From Candidatus Hydrogenedentota bacterium (lineage in GTDB: Bacteria > Hydrogenedentota > Hydrogenedentia > Hydrogenedentales > SLHB01), in assembly GCA_963668025.2 (NCBI GenBank), contig CAXXTH010000017.1, forward strand, positions 960,001-1,024,000: a stretch of 64,000 nucleotides of DNA. Reading direction: 5' to 3'. The position numbers were made by a program, and so were the translations under genes. Positions 8,658-18,446 of this stretch are shown one piece after another; the stretch's first letter is position 1; every line of letters starts with the position of its first letter. The notes below the pieces were generated by a model that saw only the letters and a program-made list of their open reading frames with translations, made no database searches and was not told where the DNA came from.

Positions 8658-9815
8658 CTAAATTCCCAGTAAACGTAGAAGGTATTCGGGGTCGAGTGCA
8701 GCAGCGAAGCGCTTGCCCCTGAGGAAATCTTTGTTGGTCTTGTCTTTCTTGAGGAGGTTGAGTGTAATTCTCCTCAAGGAGGCGAGATTCTGGGCGGCGT
8801 TTCTTGTTCGGGCGCGGTTGTCGTCTTCGCGAAAGATAATGTCTAGGCGCCAGTGCAAATTGTTTTCCACGCCCCAGTGTCCACGCACGGCGTGGGCGAA
8901 TCGTCGTGCGTCGAGGGGCAGGCTGCTCAAGTAGTAGCGCCGCTCGATGGTGTTCTTCCCTTTTTCCTTGCGGATGGACTCGACCATGCCGAAACTCTTG
9001 AGGCCCTTCCAAAGTCCTTTGTCCTCGAACCAGCCCAAGTCGGTGGATTGCCAGTATCGGCGGGTTTCGATGCGGCCATGCCCCTTGTCGATGGTCTGGT
9101 GGAAATCCATCCGTGTGGCGTCGGCTGTTGGCGCGCACTGGGTGGCGCAAGGGGGAACGGCGTCCTTGAAAAAGGCCTTCACTTCTTCTAGGGCGGTGGC
9201 GTGGTTGCCTTTGAGGGCCAGCACGTAGTCGGCCTGCCGTTGGATAATGTGGGAGGCGATATCCTTCTGGCAGCCCATGGCGTCCAGGGTGACGATGGCT
9301 CCCTTGAGCTTTAAGGCGTTGAGGAGTTTGGGGACGGCGGTGATTTCGTTGGATTTCTCGTCCACCTTGACCTGCCCCAGCGCCAGGCCGTGCTCGCAAG
9401 CCCATGCGCTGACGATGTAGGGGATGGCCTCCCCCTGATTCAAGGCGCGCCGCAGGGCTTTGCCGTCAATGGCGGCGACCTCATCGCTCAGATTGGGGCA
9501 AATGCCCTGCACCCATTGGCCGAAGCATTCCAGAAAGGCATGGGGGTCGAGGGCGGAAAAGACCCGGTTGAAGGTGTCGTGCGAGGGGATGCCGCCGGGC
9601 AATTCCAGGAAGCCCTTCAGCCAATCCTCCCGGAGCCAGCCGAAGCGCTCCATATCCGAAAAGCTCTCCCCGCCCACGAGGGCTGAGCATAGCCCAATCA
9701 TCAAGATGTCAATGAAGTTGTGCCTGCGGGTCCGGTCCATGCGGGGATCAGGCAGGCCCGCGAAACACTCGATAATAGGCTTGGGCTTGGGCAGGGATTT
9801 CTTTTCAGCGGTCAT
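8658..9815 (-). CDS. ISAs1 transposase (intact, 385 aa)
   Basis: Full ISAs1 motif set, including the C-terminal REDDNRARTRNAAQNLASLRRITLNLL. Confidence 0.95.
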   Translation of the reverse strand: MTAEKKSLPKPKPIIECFAGLPDPRMDRTRRHNFIDILMIGLCSALVGGESFSDMERFGWLREDWLKGFLELPGGIPSHDTFNRVFSALDPHAFLECFGQWVQGICPNLSDEVAAIDGKALRRALNQGEAIPYIVSAWACEHGLALGQVKVDEKSNEITAVPKLLNALKLKGAIVTLDAMGCQKDIASHIIQRQADYVLALKGNHATALEEVKAFFKDAVPPCATQCAPTADATRMDFHQTIDKGHGRIETRRYWQSTDLGWFEDKGLWKGLKSFGMVESIRKEKGKNTIERRYYLSSLPLDARRFAHAVRGHWGVENNLHWRLDIIFREDDNRARTRNAAQNLASLRRITLNLLKKDKTNKDFLRGKRFAAALDPEYLLRLLGI

Positions 9816-9886
9816 GGGGTGCTCCTTTCATTCATGCGCCGAAGCACTGTTGACTCTAGTATATAGAATTCTATATATTAAAATCC

Positions 9887-10186
9887 ATGAAGCACACCAA
9901 AAAGATGCAAGCATTGCTGGAGCGCATGGCGCAGATTGAGCGGATGGAGCGCGGAAAGCTCTGTCAAATGGGCGGGCGTCCCCACTTTAACCACCAGAGC
10001 TGGGAGAACGAGAAGAACGTGGTTCGCTATGTGCCGGCGCGCGAAACCGAGTTCCTAAAAGAGGCCATCAATGGCTACCAGGCTTTCATGAAGCTGGCTG
10101 AACGCTACGTGGACGAAGTCGTCAAGCAAACCCGCCGTGAGCGCGCAAAGACCTTCCCCCAAGCGAAAAATCCCAGGCCACGTTGA
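9887..10186 (+). CDS. IS-borne 99-aa accessory protein (DUF6788-like), copy 2
   Basis: Identical to 1796-2095. Confidence 0.7.
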   Translation: MKHTKKMQALLERMAQIERMERGKLCQMGGRPHFNHQSWENEKNVVRYVPARETEFLKEAINGYQAFMKLAERYVDEVVKQTRRERAKTFPQAKNPRPR

Positions 10187-11204
10187 CAGAAAAAATCATG
10201 CACAACAGGATAAATCGACTCTTGAGCACTATTAGATGCGTAAGCCCTGCCCCCCAACTACAGCTCATTGAGATCCAAGCGGGAGCCGTGCAGCAGTATG
10301 AATACGCGCTGCTGGCCACTTCGCTGACAGACCCCCTATCGGCCTTGGCCCAGCATTATCGCGACCGGGGCGATGCGGAAAACATCTACGATGAACAGAA
10401 AAACCAGTGGGGGTGGGGCGGGTATACCACCCACGATATGAAGCGCTGCCAAATCATGGCGCGAATCATAGCCCTGATTTACAATTGGTGGTCTTTGTAC
10501 GTGCGCTTGGCGATTCCGGAGCGCCACGCCGAAGCGATCACAAGCCGCCCTCTGCTGCTGTATGGTGTGGGACAGCAGACCCGCCACGGAGGCCAAACCA
10601 CGCTCACCATCACCCCCGTGCATGCGCAAGGACATGCTATGGAACAAGTTCTGAAATCCGTAAACGCCTTTTTATTGGAGGTGAAAGCAACTGCGCGGCA
10701 GTTGAACTGGAACGAACGATGGCGGACGATCCTCAGCCGGATCTTCGCCAAAATACTCGAGGGAAGGCCGCTGGCCACCCCCAACCTGCTGTCGGCGCCA
10801 ACGTAAAGAGCGGGCCAGGACAGTTATTTCTTTACAAAATTGGGCCGGAAAAATCCCAAAGCAAGTTCCTACTGCCTTTTTTAGGTTGAATCGATTTGCG
10901 TGACCGCTTGATAAGACTAGGTTTATCATATGTGAAAACTGCGGCGATTATTTCAGCGATCAGGGGTATGGGCAGCCTCCACGCCAGTGTCTTAGCCCCA
11001 GCTTCAACAAGAAAACTAGGAGTTTTTTCATTGCAGGTATGTCGCGCTTTAAATGGTTGCATTCTTCGCGGCTCGCGTGAAATAGATGAGTAAGACTGGC
11101 GCGCCGTACTATCAACAGGAATCCCATTCGATTGATACGCACGCAAAGGTAAACGAGAATAAACAATGTTATGTCGTTGCATTGGATTGTGGGTAACGTC
11201 CACA

Positions 11205-11741
11205 TCAGGCATTTTCTGCATTATCCGGTGACAGAATGATTCGCGCTGGAACGCCAACCGCTAATGCGCCGGGAGGCACGTCATGCAGCACCACGGCGTT
11301 CGCGCCGATCCGGGCGTGATCTCCAATCACCACATTCCCTAGGATTTTCGCACCCGCCCCAATATCGACATGCCCGCCTAGTTTGGGGACATCAAGCTTT
11401 TTTGATTCAGTCACGGTTCCCAGAGTGACTTGATGAAAAATGAGGCAATTAGGGCCGATCTCCACGGAAGGATGGATAACGACGCCATTTGGGTGTATCA
11501 ATAACAATCCGCCGCCTATCTGTGTCGTAAGCTGAATCTCCGCACCCGTCACCACGCTCCAAAACCGGTGCCGTAAGGCATGCCAGCGGGCGATACACCG
11601 TCCTGCGATTCCCCAGCGGTTGCGCCAATATTGATAGCGGCGAATCGAATGGAGAAGCTGGCGGGAGGGATCCCACCATTGCCGCCGGCTCTCCCGGCTC
11701 CAGTCTGGGACGCTTGCGGAGACATTGGATTTGCCTGCCAA
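11205..11741 (-). CDS. Serine O-acetyltransferase-like hexapeptide acetyltransferase (CysE/WcaB family)
   Basis: IGGGLLLIHPNGVVIH...IFHQVTLG...IGAGAKILG...IGANAVVLHDVP...VGVPAR. TTG start 9 nt after AGGAGG. Confidence 0.85.
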   Translation of the reverse strand: MAGKSNVSASVPDWSRESRRQWWDPSRQLLHSIRRYQYWRNRWGIAGRCIARWHALRHRFWSVVTGAEIQLTTQIGGGLLLIHPNGVVIHPSVEIGPNCLIFHQVTLGTVTESKKLDVPKLGGHVDIGAGAKILGNVVIGDHARIGANAVVLHDVPPGALAVGVPARIILSPDNAENA

Positions 11742-11776
11742 TTGGAGTAGCCTCCTCTCTTCAGCCTGTTGCCCGA

Positions 11777-12757
11777 TCAAGCCCTGCAAGCTTCTTCGGG
11801 TATCCGGGCATACGTCCGCCCATTGCGCAGCACATCCTCCGCGCGTGCGATGGATTGGGCCAGTTGTAAAGTGAAAGCGGTTCCATATGGGCTCCCCATC
11901 TGCCCTCGAACCGCAGCCAGCCAATCTTCAAGCGCCACTGATTCCGCACACAACGGATGCATTTCCCGCCCGGAAAGCCGCGCGATGCCGCCTACATACT
12001 CGAAGACATCATACGCGCCCCGCACCACGACAGGCTGGCCCGGAGCGGCCCCTTTCCGGCATGCCACGGCGAAGGTATGGCCATTCGCGTATTCCAGCGT
12101 CAACAAAGCCCCGCCGTTTTCATAGGCCCCCGCGGAACAAATCCGAACCGGACTCGATTCACCCGTGGCCAGCATGACGCCCGCCAAGCATCGCGGCAGC
12201 TCCATTCCCGCGCATTCCAGATCGCATGCCGCCTGGCTCCAGCGCGGCGCGCCCAACCGCCCTTCCTCGATTATTCGCCGAAGCGACAGCCATACGCCCC
12301 ATTCCGAACCGGACGGCAACACATGCAGCGCTTTACCCGAACGGGCCGCCGCGCCATCCAGCATACGGGCCTCCGCTGCACCTGGCCATGCCGAAGCCGC
12401 ATATGCGGCGTGGCAGCCCGCGTCCAGCACATCGCACGCCAGTTTTGGGCGCAGCGCATCCGGTGCGGCGATAACCACGCCATCTATCTTCGCCTCACTC
12501 AAGCATACGCGCCCAGCCATCCACTCCGCGGCCGTTCGCCAATGCGCGGCAAGCGCCGCGCCATCCAGCCGGGCAAGCGCTCCACGCCAAACGGCGGCAG
12601 CCGGTTCGCCGCCGATGACGCCGATACGCAGCGGGCTTGTTACCGGAGAAGAGAAACCACGGGCGCCCGGATCCCATGCCAAACAGCCCAATCCGGCTGC
12701 GCCTCGAACCAAGAAATCACGCCGCGACATTGCCGTTATGGATGCGCCTGCCATCAT
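11777..12757 (-). CDS. Tat-signal Gfo/Idh/MocA-like protein (divergent)
   Basis: SRRDFL Tat motif, LRIGVIG, IDGVVIAAPDALR, IEEGRLG. EKP motif is absent. Confidence 0.65.
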   Translation of the reverse strand: MMAGASITAMSRRDFLVRGAAGLGCLAWDPGARGFSSPVTSPLRIGVIGGEPAAAVWRGALARLDGAALAAHWRTAAEWMAGRVCLSEAKIDGVVIAAPDALRPKLACDVLDAGCHAAYAASAWPGAAEARMLDGAAARSGKALHVLPSGSEWGVWLSLRRIIEEGRLGAPRWSQAACDLECAGMELPRCLAGVMLATGESSPVRICSAGAYENGGALLTLEYANGHTFAVACRKGAAPGQPVVVRGAYDVFEYVGGIARLSGREMHPLCAESVALEDWLAAVRGQMGSPYGTAFTLQLAQSIARAEDVLRNGRTYARIPEEACRA

Positions 12758-12991
12758 GTAGCCTCTATTCCTTAACCTGTCACGCACGATAAAAAATGCT
12801 TGCCAACAGAACCACCGTAACAAACGGTACTCGATTCGAGCCTGGCAAGTCCAAATGAAGATAAGCCATGGATGGGAAAGAAAGCAGAAATCAGGAAAGT
12901 TACGACAAACTTGAACCGATGGCGTTCTTCGCGTAGCCTTTAGGTGTCAAGGCGCTGGTGAAACCACTCCTCGGACAAGCCACTACGAAAC

Positions 12992-13066
12992 GCCCCGATA
13001 GTTCAACGGATAGAACGGCCGCCTCCTAAGCGGCAAATCCGGGTTCGACTCCCGGTTGGGGCGCCA
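12992..13066 (+). tRNA. tRNA-Arg(CCT)
   Basis: Acceptor stem GCCCCGA/TTGGGGC, anticodon arm GCCGC-CTCCTAA-GCGGC, GGTTCGACTC T-loop, encoded CCA. Confidence 0.95.
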
Positions 13067-13121
13067 TCCTTTGTTAGGCGGCGCACCTAATTGCGGGCGC
13101 CGTGGTATGAAGAGGCATAAA

Positions 13122-14111
13122 ATGATCAAGCACATGGCAATAATAGACAACCGCATCGTAGAATCCACTGAGGGAATCGGGGAGGTTCTGGTCGCAAGTG
13201 CTCCGAATGAGTGCGAACGGGCGGTCATCCAAGAACAGTTTGCTCTAGATGAGTATGATCTGAACGCGATGCTCGATCTAGATGAAGTTCCTCGACTCGA
13301 GTTCGCCGACGGACGGGCGCTTCTTATCTGGAAAATGCCTGAGACCACATCGGTTTCTGAAGCCATTGAGCTTGCCGTGAGTGTAATTGGCCTGTCGCTC
13401 CTCGAAAATCGGCTCGCCTTTGTGCGGGGTTCGGCAGAGCTCTCCTTCGCGGACAGGGAATTCCGCAAGGTCAGCGATGTCAGGGATGCAATGCTGGCAT
13501 TTCTACTTCGCACCGTCCGCCACTTCGTGGGCCACCTAAGAGTCATAAAGCAAATCAGCACCGAGTTGGAGGAGAAAATTACCGTATCAATGGAAAACAA
13601 GCATCTACTGCAGATGTTCAGTCTGAGCGAGAGTCTTGTTTATTATGTGGACGCTATCGAAGGGAACGCGGTTGTACTGGCAAAACTGCGAAGCCTCGGT
13701 GTCCAGCTCGGATTTTTACCTCGGCATCTTGAGATGCTTGATGATGTAATTCTCGAGAACACTCAAGCCGCGCGGCAAGCAAGCATCTACAGTTCTGTGC
13801 TCAGTGGCCTGATGGATGCTCGTGGCACTATTGTGAACAACAATATGAATGTCCTGCTCAAGAATCTCACCCTGATCAACATCGTGTTCCTGCCTCTAAA
13901 TCTTATCGCCAGCATCGGGGGCATGTCGGAGTGGAGCATGATGACCCAAAGACTTGATTGGAGGCTGTCTTACATTCTGTTCTGCCTCGGGATGGTGATC
14001 TTAGGCTGGGGCATGTGGATTTTTATGAAGAAGGTGATCGATCGACGCCCGGCGCGTGCGGGCAATAGAGCTGCCCGAACGTTGCACGAACCCCGTCTAA
14101 CAAGCCGATGA
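13122..14111 (+). CDS. corA: CorA-family magnesium transporter
   Basis: NNNMNVLLKNLTLINIVFLPLNLIASIGGMSE (GMS variant of GMN) and two C-terminal TM helices. Confidence 0.88.
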   Translation: MIKHMAIIDNRIVESTEGIGEVLVASAPNECERAVIQEQFALDEYDLNAMLDLDEVPRLEFADGRALLIWKMPETTSVSEAIELAVSVIGLSLLENRLAFVRGSAELSFADREFRKVSDVRDAMLAFLLRTVRHFVGHLRVIKQISTELEEKITVSMENKHLLQMFSLSESLVYYVDAIEGNAVVLAKLRSLGVQLGFLPRHLEMLDDVILENTQAARQASIYSSVLSGLMDARGTIVNNNMNVLLKNLTLINIVFLPLNLIASIGGMSEWSMMTQRLDWRLSYILFCLGMVILGWGMWIFMKKVIDRRPARAGNRAARTLHEPRLTSR

Positions 14112-14156
14112 AGCTTGCCTGTTCTCCGTAGCGCCTCGCTGTTTGTTAGCGGCGCG

Positions 14157-15089
14157 CTAACTGGATGCGGCTTGGGCGACATGGGATGGCCTTAGCGAGA
14201 GCACGGGGCATAACGCGCGGCGGACGACTTTATCGGCTACGCTCCCAAATAAGAAGTGCGAAATGCCGCTCGCGCCATGTGCGGGCATCACAATAAGGTC
14301 CGCCGCAAGCTCTTCGGCGGTGTGGCAAATTTCGCGGTAAGGCACGCCTATGGCTAAGCGCGATTCGACGGGAACGCCTTCTATGCCCTTTTCAAGCCGC
14401 GCCAGCGCTTCATGCGCATGGGCGTCTATATCCGCTCCAAAATACCCCACTGTATCAGGGGCGTATTCTGGCATCACGATGGCCGCCTCGGTGACATGGC
14501 AGAGGGCCAGGCCGGCGTTGAATTCGCGGCATAGTGAGGCCGCATAGAGCAGGGCTTGATCGGCATATTCGGAAAAATCCGTTGGGAATAGTATTTTGCG
14601 GATATGCAGGTCGAGTTCACTTCCATCCACGAATTCATGCTCGGGGTGCTTGATGCACAACACGGGAACCGTGGCGTTGCGCACGACGCGCTCCGCCACG
14701 CTGCCAAACACCATGTGGTCGAAACCGGTGCGGCCATGGGTGGCGATGGCGATGAGCCCGCAGTTTTGCTCTTCCGCAAGCCGGACAATCTCCGCATCGG
14801 GCCGGCCTTGCACCATAAAGCTGACTACGTCCACGCCTTCGCTAGAGATAATGCGCTCCACGCATGCCAGCCGTGTTTCCGCTTGCTGCCGCATGGCGGC
14901 CGAGGCGCGCTCGGGGATATTCGAAGCGCGCCACATGCCATGCTTGCCGCCGGAAAGGGCCGGATCAAGCACATGGGCCAAATAAATGGGCCCTCCAAAT
15001 TTCTTGGCGAAGGCAATGGCGTATTTCATGGCATATAGAGCGTAATGGGAAAAATCGGTGGGAAATAGGATAGGGCTCTTGTGAAACAT
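14157..15089 (-). CDS. Tandem-domain universal stress protein
   Basis: Two ILFPTDFS domains, with THGRTG...FGSVAERVVR and FGSVADKVVR. Confidence 0.95.
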   Translation of the reverse strand: MFHKSPILFPTDFSHYALYAMKYAIAFAKKFGGPIYLAHVLDPALSGGKHGMWRASNIPERASAAMRQQAETRLACVERIISSEGVDVVSFMVQGRPDAEIVRLAEEQNCGLIAIATHGRTGFDHMVFGSVAERVVRNATVPVLCIKHPEHEFVDGSELDLHIRKILFPTDFSEYADQALLYAASLCREFNAGLALCHVTEAAIVMPEYAPDTVGYFGADIDAHAHEALARLEKGIEGVPVESRLAIGVPYREICHTAEELAADLIVMPAHGASGISHFLFGSVADKVVRRALCPVLSLRPSHVAQAASS

Positions 15090-15146
15090 GGCGCTATCTC
15101 CTCAGCATGCCGCCTAAAAACCAGACCGCTGCTTTTGATAGATATC

Positions 15147-16010
15147 TTACCGCTGGCGCGATGGAGGCGCAAGCTTCTTGTGGACAGGCCCGGGAGCCAC
15201 CTCATGTAATTCCTGAATGGCTTCGAGAAGGGCTGCCGCTTCCGTCCACGGTAAAAAATGATTCCGCCCTTCGAAGGTGTTCACCCGCTTGAGCACGCCA
15301 GGCGGCAAATGTTTTTGGATATACGCTACATTGGCATACGGAGTAAAGGTGTCTTCCGTGCCATGGAATACAATCACCGGACATCGGATGCGCCCCAGCA
15401 TTGGAGCCAGTTCTTTGAGTTGCTTTTTCAGTGACACCGCCTCCATCCGGGCATTGCGCAAACTCGAAGGCATGAGCCTCCGAAACCATTTTGAACGAAA
15501 CACTTTTTTCACCGGTGAGGGCGGTTCAAGCAATTCCGGATCCAGGGCCGCGCCGATTAACACCAAGCCGCCTACTTGTTCCGGGAACTCCGCGGCGGCG
15601 CGGCAGGCCACCGGCGCTCCGTAGGAATGGGCCACCAGAATGGGCCAGCGCTCGTTGCGCTCGACGAGCAACGGCTTGAGGGCTTGCGCTTGTTTGCTTA
15701 GGGTGGGAAAGGCTTTTTCTGGGAGTGTCGCACCAAATCCAGGCCGATCATAGGCGGTAAATTCCATTCCGGGTAGCGGCGAGTGTAGCAGTGGGCTCCA
15801 TTCGGCTGCGAAGCCTGGCGTGCCATGGATGAAGATGACCCGCTGGCCTTCTTTATCACCCGCGCTATACCAGGTAATAGCGCCTTCCTTCCAGGCCGAT
15901 TTTTCTTCTTGGGCTCCGAGCAAACTTTCCACCGGAAGGGCATGCGCCTCTAATCCCACAGCCGCAGCTATTCCAACCGCGATCCATATGCGCCCGAGAA
16001 TTCCACTCAT
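15147..16010 (-). CDS. Secreted alpha/beta hydrolase
   Basis: Signal peptide, FIHGTPG, YDRPGFG, AHSYG nucleophile, HGTED, NHFLPW. Confidence 0.9.
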   Translation of the reverse strand: MSGILGRIWIAVGIAAAVGLEAHALPVESLLGAQEEKSAWKEGAITWYSAGDKEGQRVIFIHGTPGFAAEWSPLLHSPLPGMEFTAYDRPGFGATLPEKAFPTLSKQAQALKPLLVERNERWPILVAHSYGAPVACRAAAEFPEQVGGLVLIGAALDPELLEPPSPVKKVFRSKWFRRLMPSSLRNARMEAVSLKKQLKELAPMLGRIRCPVIVFHGTEDTFTPYANVAYIQKHLPPGVLKRVNTFEGRNHFLPWTEAAALLEAIQELHEVAPGPVHKKLAPPSRQR

Positions 16011-16250
16011 GGCTGGCCCTCAACCTTTTATCGATCCAGTAGAAAAGCATATCATAATTGCATGCCAAGACTGGGCGAAGCATGAAAATGTACTTACATC
16101 CGTCCAATGCATGCCGAAACGAAGAGTAATGTGTGCATTTTATGGTTTCGTAAGCTGTGCGCCAATATTTTGTTAGAGCGTTATTATTTACCAGGCGGCG
16201 AAGGAGAGTAAGTGACAAATGGGCCAAGACCTGTCATACTAGCCAGGGCA

Positions 16251-16297
16251 GCCGCGTGGGAGAAAATGGGCGCGGCGCATACGGGTAATGAAGCCCG
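16251..16297 (+). ncRNA. Probable Na+-I (DUF1646) riboswitch
   Basis: P1 GCCGCG-TGGGAGAAAATGGG-CGCGGC and P2 CGGGT-AATGAA-GCCCG. Sits just after a GTGACA-N17-CATACT promoter and upstream of a Na+/solute symporter. Consensus recalled from memory. Confidence 0.6.
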
Positions 16298-16330
16298 CAA
16301 TCTCTGTTACAGAAAGGAGGGAAACAAGGC

Positions 16331-16504
16331 ATGTTCGGCATAGATGATCCGTTAATCTGGTCGGCGTATCTCGGCTGCATTCTAAGCACGCTGTTATGCG
16401 TGGTGTATGGCATGGTGAACTGGAACCGCGGCGCGGACGATGAACCCACCAAAGAAGATGTCGATTGGGCCTCGGAAGAAGACAAAATCGGCGAAGAACT
16501 ATAA
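16331..16504 (+). CDS. Symporter small accessory membrane protein (57 aa)
   Basis: MFGIDDPLIWSAYLGCILSTLLCVVYGMVNWNRG... with AGGAGG RBS, immediately upstream of the SSS gene. Below the ORF-track length cutoff. Confidence 0.85.
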   Translation: MFGIDDPLIWSAYLGCILSTLLCVVYGMVNWNRGADDEPTKEDVDWASEEDKIGEEL

Positions 16505-16594
16505 GTACATCGTGTATGCCCGGCGGCCATGCAATGTGGATCTGCCGGAAATAACCATTTGAGCTCGGGCGTATTTCAATCAGGGGGAATTACC

Positions 16595-18436
16595 ATGAGC
16601 GTGGAATTACTGGCGTTTGTCGCAATTCTGTATTTGGGCGCCGTGGCCTATCTGGGCTTCCGGGGCTACCAGGCCACCCGGTCCACATCGGACTATCTCG
16701 TCGCAGGCCGCAAAACCCATCCGTACGTGATGGCGCTGTCATATGGCGCTACTTTCATCAGCACGTCCGCCATCGTCGGCTTCGGAGGCGCGGCGGCGGC
16801 TTTCGGAATGGGGCTATTGTGGCTCACTTTCCTCAATATTTTTGTGGGGATATTTCTCGCCTTTGTCGTGTTCGGCAAGCGCACGCGGCTGATGGGCCAC
16901 CGCTTGCAGGCGCACACGTTCCCGGAACTCCTGGGGCGTCGCTTCAATTCGCGCTTCATCCAGGGATTTTCTGGATTAATTATTCTGCTGTTTATGCCGC
17001 TATATGCGTCGGCCGTGCTGATCGCGGCGGCGCGCTACATCGAAACCACCTTCACCGCCGTGAATTATGAAGTGGCGGTGGTGCTGTTTAGCATCCTCAT
17101 CGCGGGCTATGTGGTGGCGGGTGGCCTTAAAGGCGTCATGTACACCGACGCCTTCCAGGGCGTCATCATGTTTGTGGGCATGGTGATTTTACTAGCGTTC
17201 ACCTATGGCCAATTGGGCGGCATCGTGACGGCCCATCGCAGACTCGCGGACTTGCCCGCCCAGATCGACGCCCAGTATCAAGAACTAACTCCAGCGATAC
17301 GCGGGATAGCACCGCCGGATGTGCAGGATGCCCAATTGTTCGGCTGGTTCGCGGGCAAAGCTACGGCATTGAAAGAAATGTCGGAGAAGAGCGACGCGGA
17401 GAAAGCCGCCGCCATGGGCGCCGATCCCTCCTTGAAAGCCGTGGGCGGCCTTCTCAAGGAAAATCCGGCCCTGACGAATAAGCTCGTCATCGCCAAACTG
17501 GCGAAAGGCGGTTTCTTGGGCTGGACGAACATGCCCGCCACCGGCAGCTCGATGTTTTACGTCCTTGTGACCAGCATCATCATGGGCGTGGGCATAGGCG
17601 TGCTGGCCCAGCCGCAGCTCACCGTGCGATTCATGACGGTTAAGAGCGCGCGCGAGCTGAACCGGGCCGTGCTCGTGGGCGGCGTGTTCATTCTCGCCAT
17701 GACCGGCGTGGCCTTCATCGTCGGCAGCCTCTCGAATGCCTGGTTCGCCGATCCGGCGAATGGCGGCAAAGTGTCGCTTGCGGCCGTTCCGGGAGGAAAC
17801 ATAGACTTGATCATACCGCTGTTCATCAAGCAGGCCTTGCCGCAGTGGTTCGGGGCGATCTTCATGCTGACCTTGCTATCGGCGGCCATGAGCACCTTAA
17901 GCTCCCAATTCCACGCCATGGGCACTTCGATTGGGCGCGACTTTTACGAAAAGGGCATATTGGGGGCGCACGATCACCAAAGCACCGTGCTCATCACGCG
18001 CGCGGGCGTTATCTTGGCTATATTGGCCACGATGGTGCTCTCCTTTATATTGCCCGAAGGCATCGTCGCCGCGGCCACGGCCATTTTCTTCGGTTTGTGC
18101 GCCTCATCTTTCCTGCCCATGTATATTGGCGGCTTATTCTGGAAGGGCATGACCAGGGTGGGAGCCGTATCAAGCCTGTGCGCGGGTTTTGGCGTGAGTT
18201 TTTTCTGGCTCATGTTTGTCCAACAGCCTAAAAGCACGCTGGATGCGATACTCGCGCGGGCGCTTTTTGACAAGGCGACGGTGTTTCCCGAGCCAATTTT
18301 TGGGATTCATTGGAATTGGACAGAGGCGTTATTCGTAGCGCTGCCCATCTCGGCCATCGTGGCGGTCGCTGTAAGCCTTGCCACGAAACCGGAATCCGCC
18401 GAACATTTAGCAAAGTGCTTCAATAAAACAAATTGA
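16595..18436 (+). CDS. Sodium:solute symporter (SSS; PutP/PanF-like)
   Basis: DYLVAGR, GGLKGVMYTDAFQG, QPQLTVRF, LSAAMSTLSSQ; many TM helices. Confidence 0.93.
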   Translation: MSVELLAFVAILYLGAVAYLGFRGYQATRSTSDYLVAGRKTHPYVMALSYGATFISTSAIVGFGGAAAAFGMGLLWLTFLNIFVGIFLAFVVFGKRTRLMGHRLQAHTFPELLGRRFNSRFIQGFSGLIILLFMPLYASAVLIAAARYIETTFTAVNYEVAVVLFSILIAGYVVAGGLKGVMYTDAFQGVIMFVGMVILLAFTYGQLGGIVTAHRRLADLPAQIDAQYQELTPAIRGIAPPDVQDAQLFGWFAGKATALKEMSEKSDAEKAAAMGADPSLKAVGGLLKENPALTNKLVIAKLAKGGFLGWTNMPATGSSMFYVLVTSIIMGVGIGVLAQPQLTVRFMTVKSARELNRAVLVGGVFILAMTGVAFIVGSLSNAWFADPANGGKVSLAAVPGGNIDLIIPLFIKQALPQWFGAIFMLTLLSAAMSTLSSQFHAMGTSIGRDFYEKGILGAHDHQSTVLITRAGVILAILATMVLSFILPEGIVAAATAIFFGLCASSFLPMYIGGLFWKGMTRVGAVSSLCAGFGVSFFWLMFVQQPKSTLDAILARALFDKATVFPEPIFGIHWNWTEALFVALPISAIVAVAVSLATKPESAEHLAKCFNKTN

Positions 18437-18446
18437 GCCATATAAT

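Larger units (their letters stand above)
8644..10249 (-). mobile_element. ISAs1-family IS, copy 2
   Basis: Same IRs as copy 1. 10-bp target duplication CCCCCCAACT at 8634-8643 and 10250-10259. Confidence 0.97.
7637..10806 (+). pseudogene. IS1380 transposase split by ISAs1 (7637-8643 joined to 10260-10806 restores a 517-aa frame)
   Basis: Motifs ILDVDTSVKPLFGHQEGA.GYNP, RGDCAFG, YRDRGDAENIYDEQK. Removing ISAs1 plus one target duplication rejoins the frame (…PQLQLIE…). Confidence 0.92.
7579..10885 (+). mobile_element. IS1380-family IS interrupted by ISAs1
   Basis: IRs CCTAAAAACGCCAGT and ACTGCCTTTTTTAGG. 5-bp direct repeat TTGAA at 7574-7578 and 10886-10890. Confidence 0.92.

Noticed and set aside
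10183-10806. 207-aa stand-alone ORF
   Set aside because: It is the C-terminal part of the IS1380 transposase, read from inside the ISAs1 end.
10890-11200. Possible additional MITE (CTAGGTTT...AAAACTAGG) and a 141-aa ORF
   Set aside because: The IR match is weak, there is no target duplication, and the ORF has no recognisable motif or RBS.
12928-12990. Hairpin-rich tRNA leader as an ncRNA
   Set aside because: Pairing is possible, but I recognise no known motif and cannot support it without covariation data.
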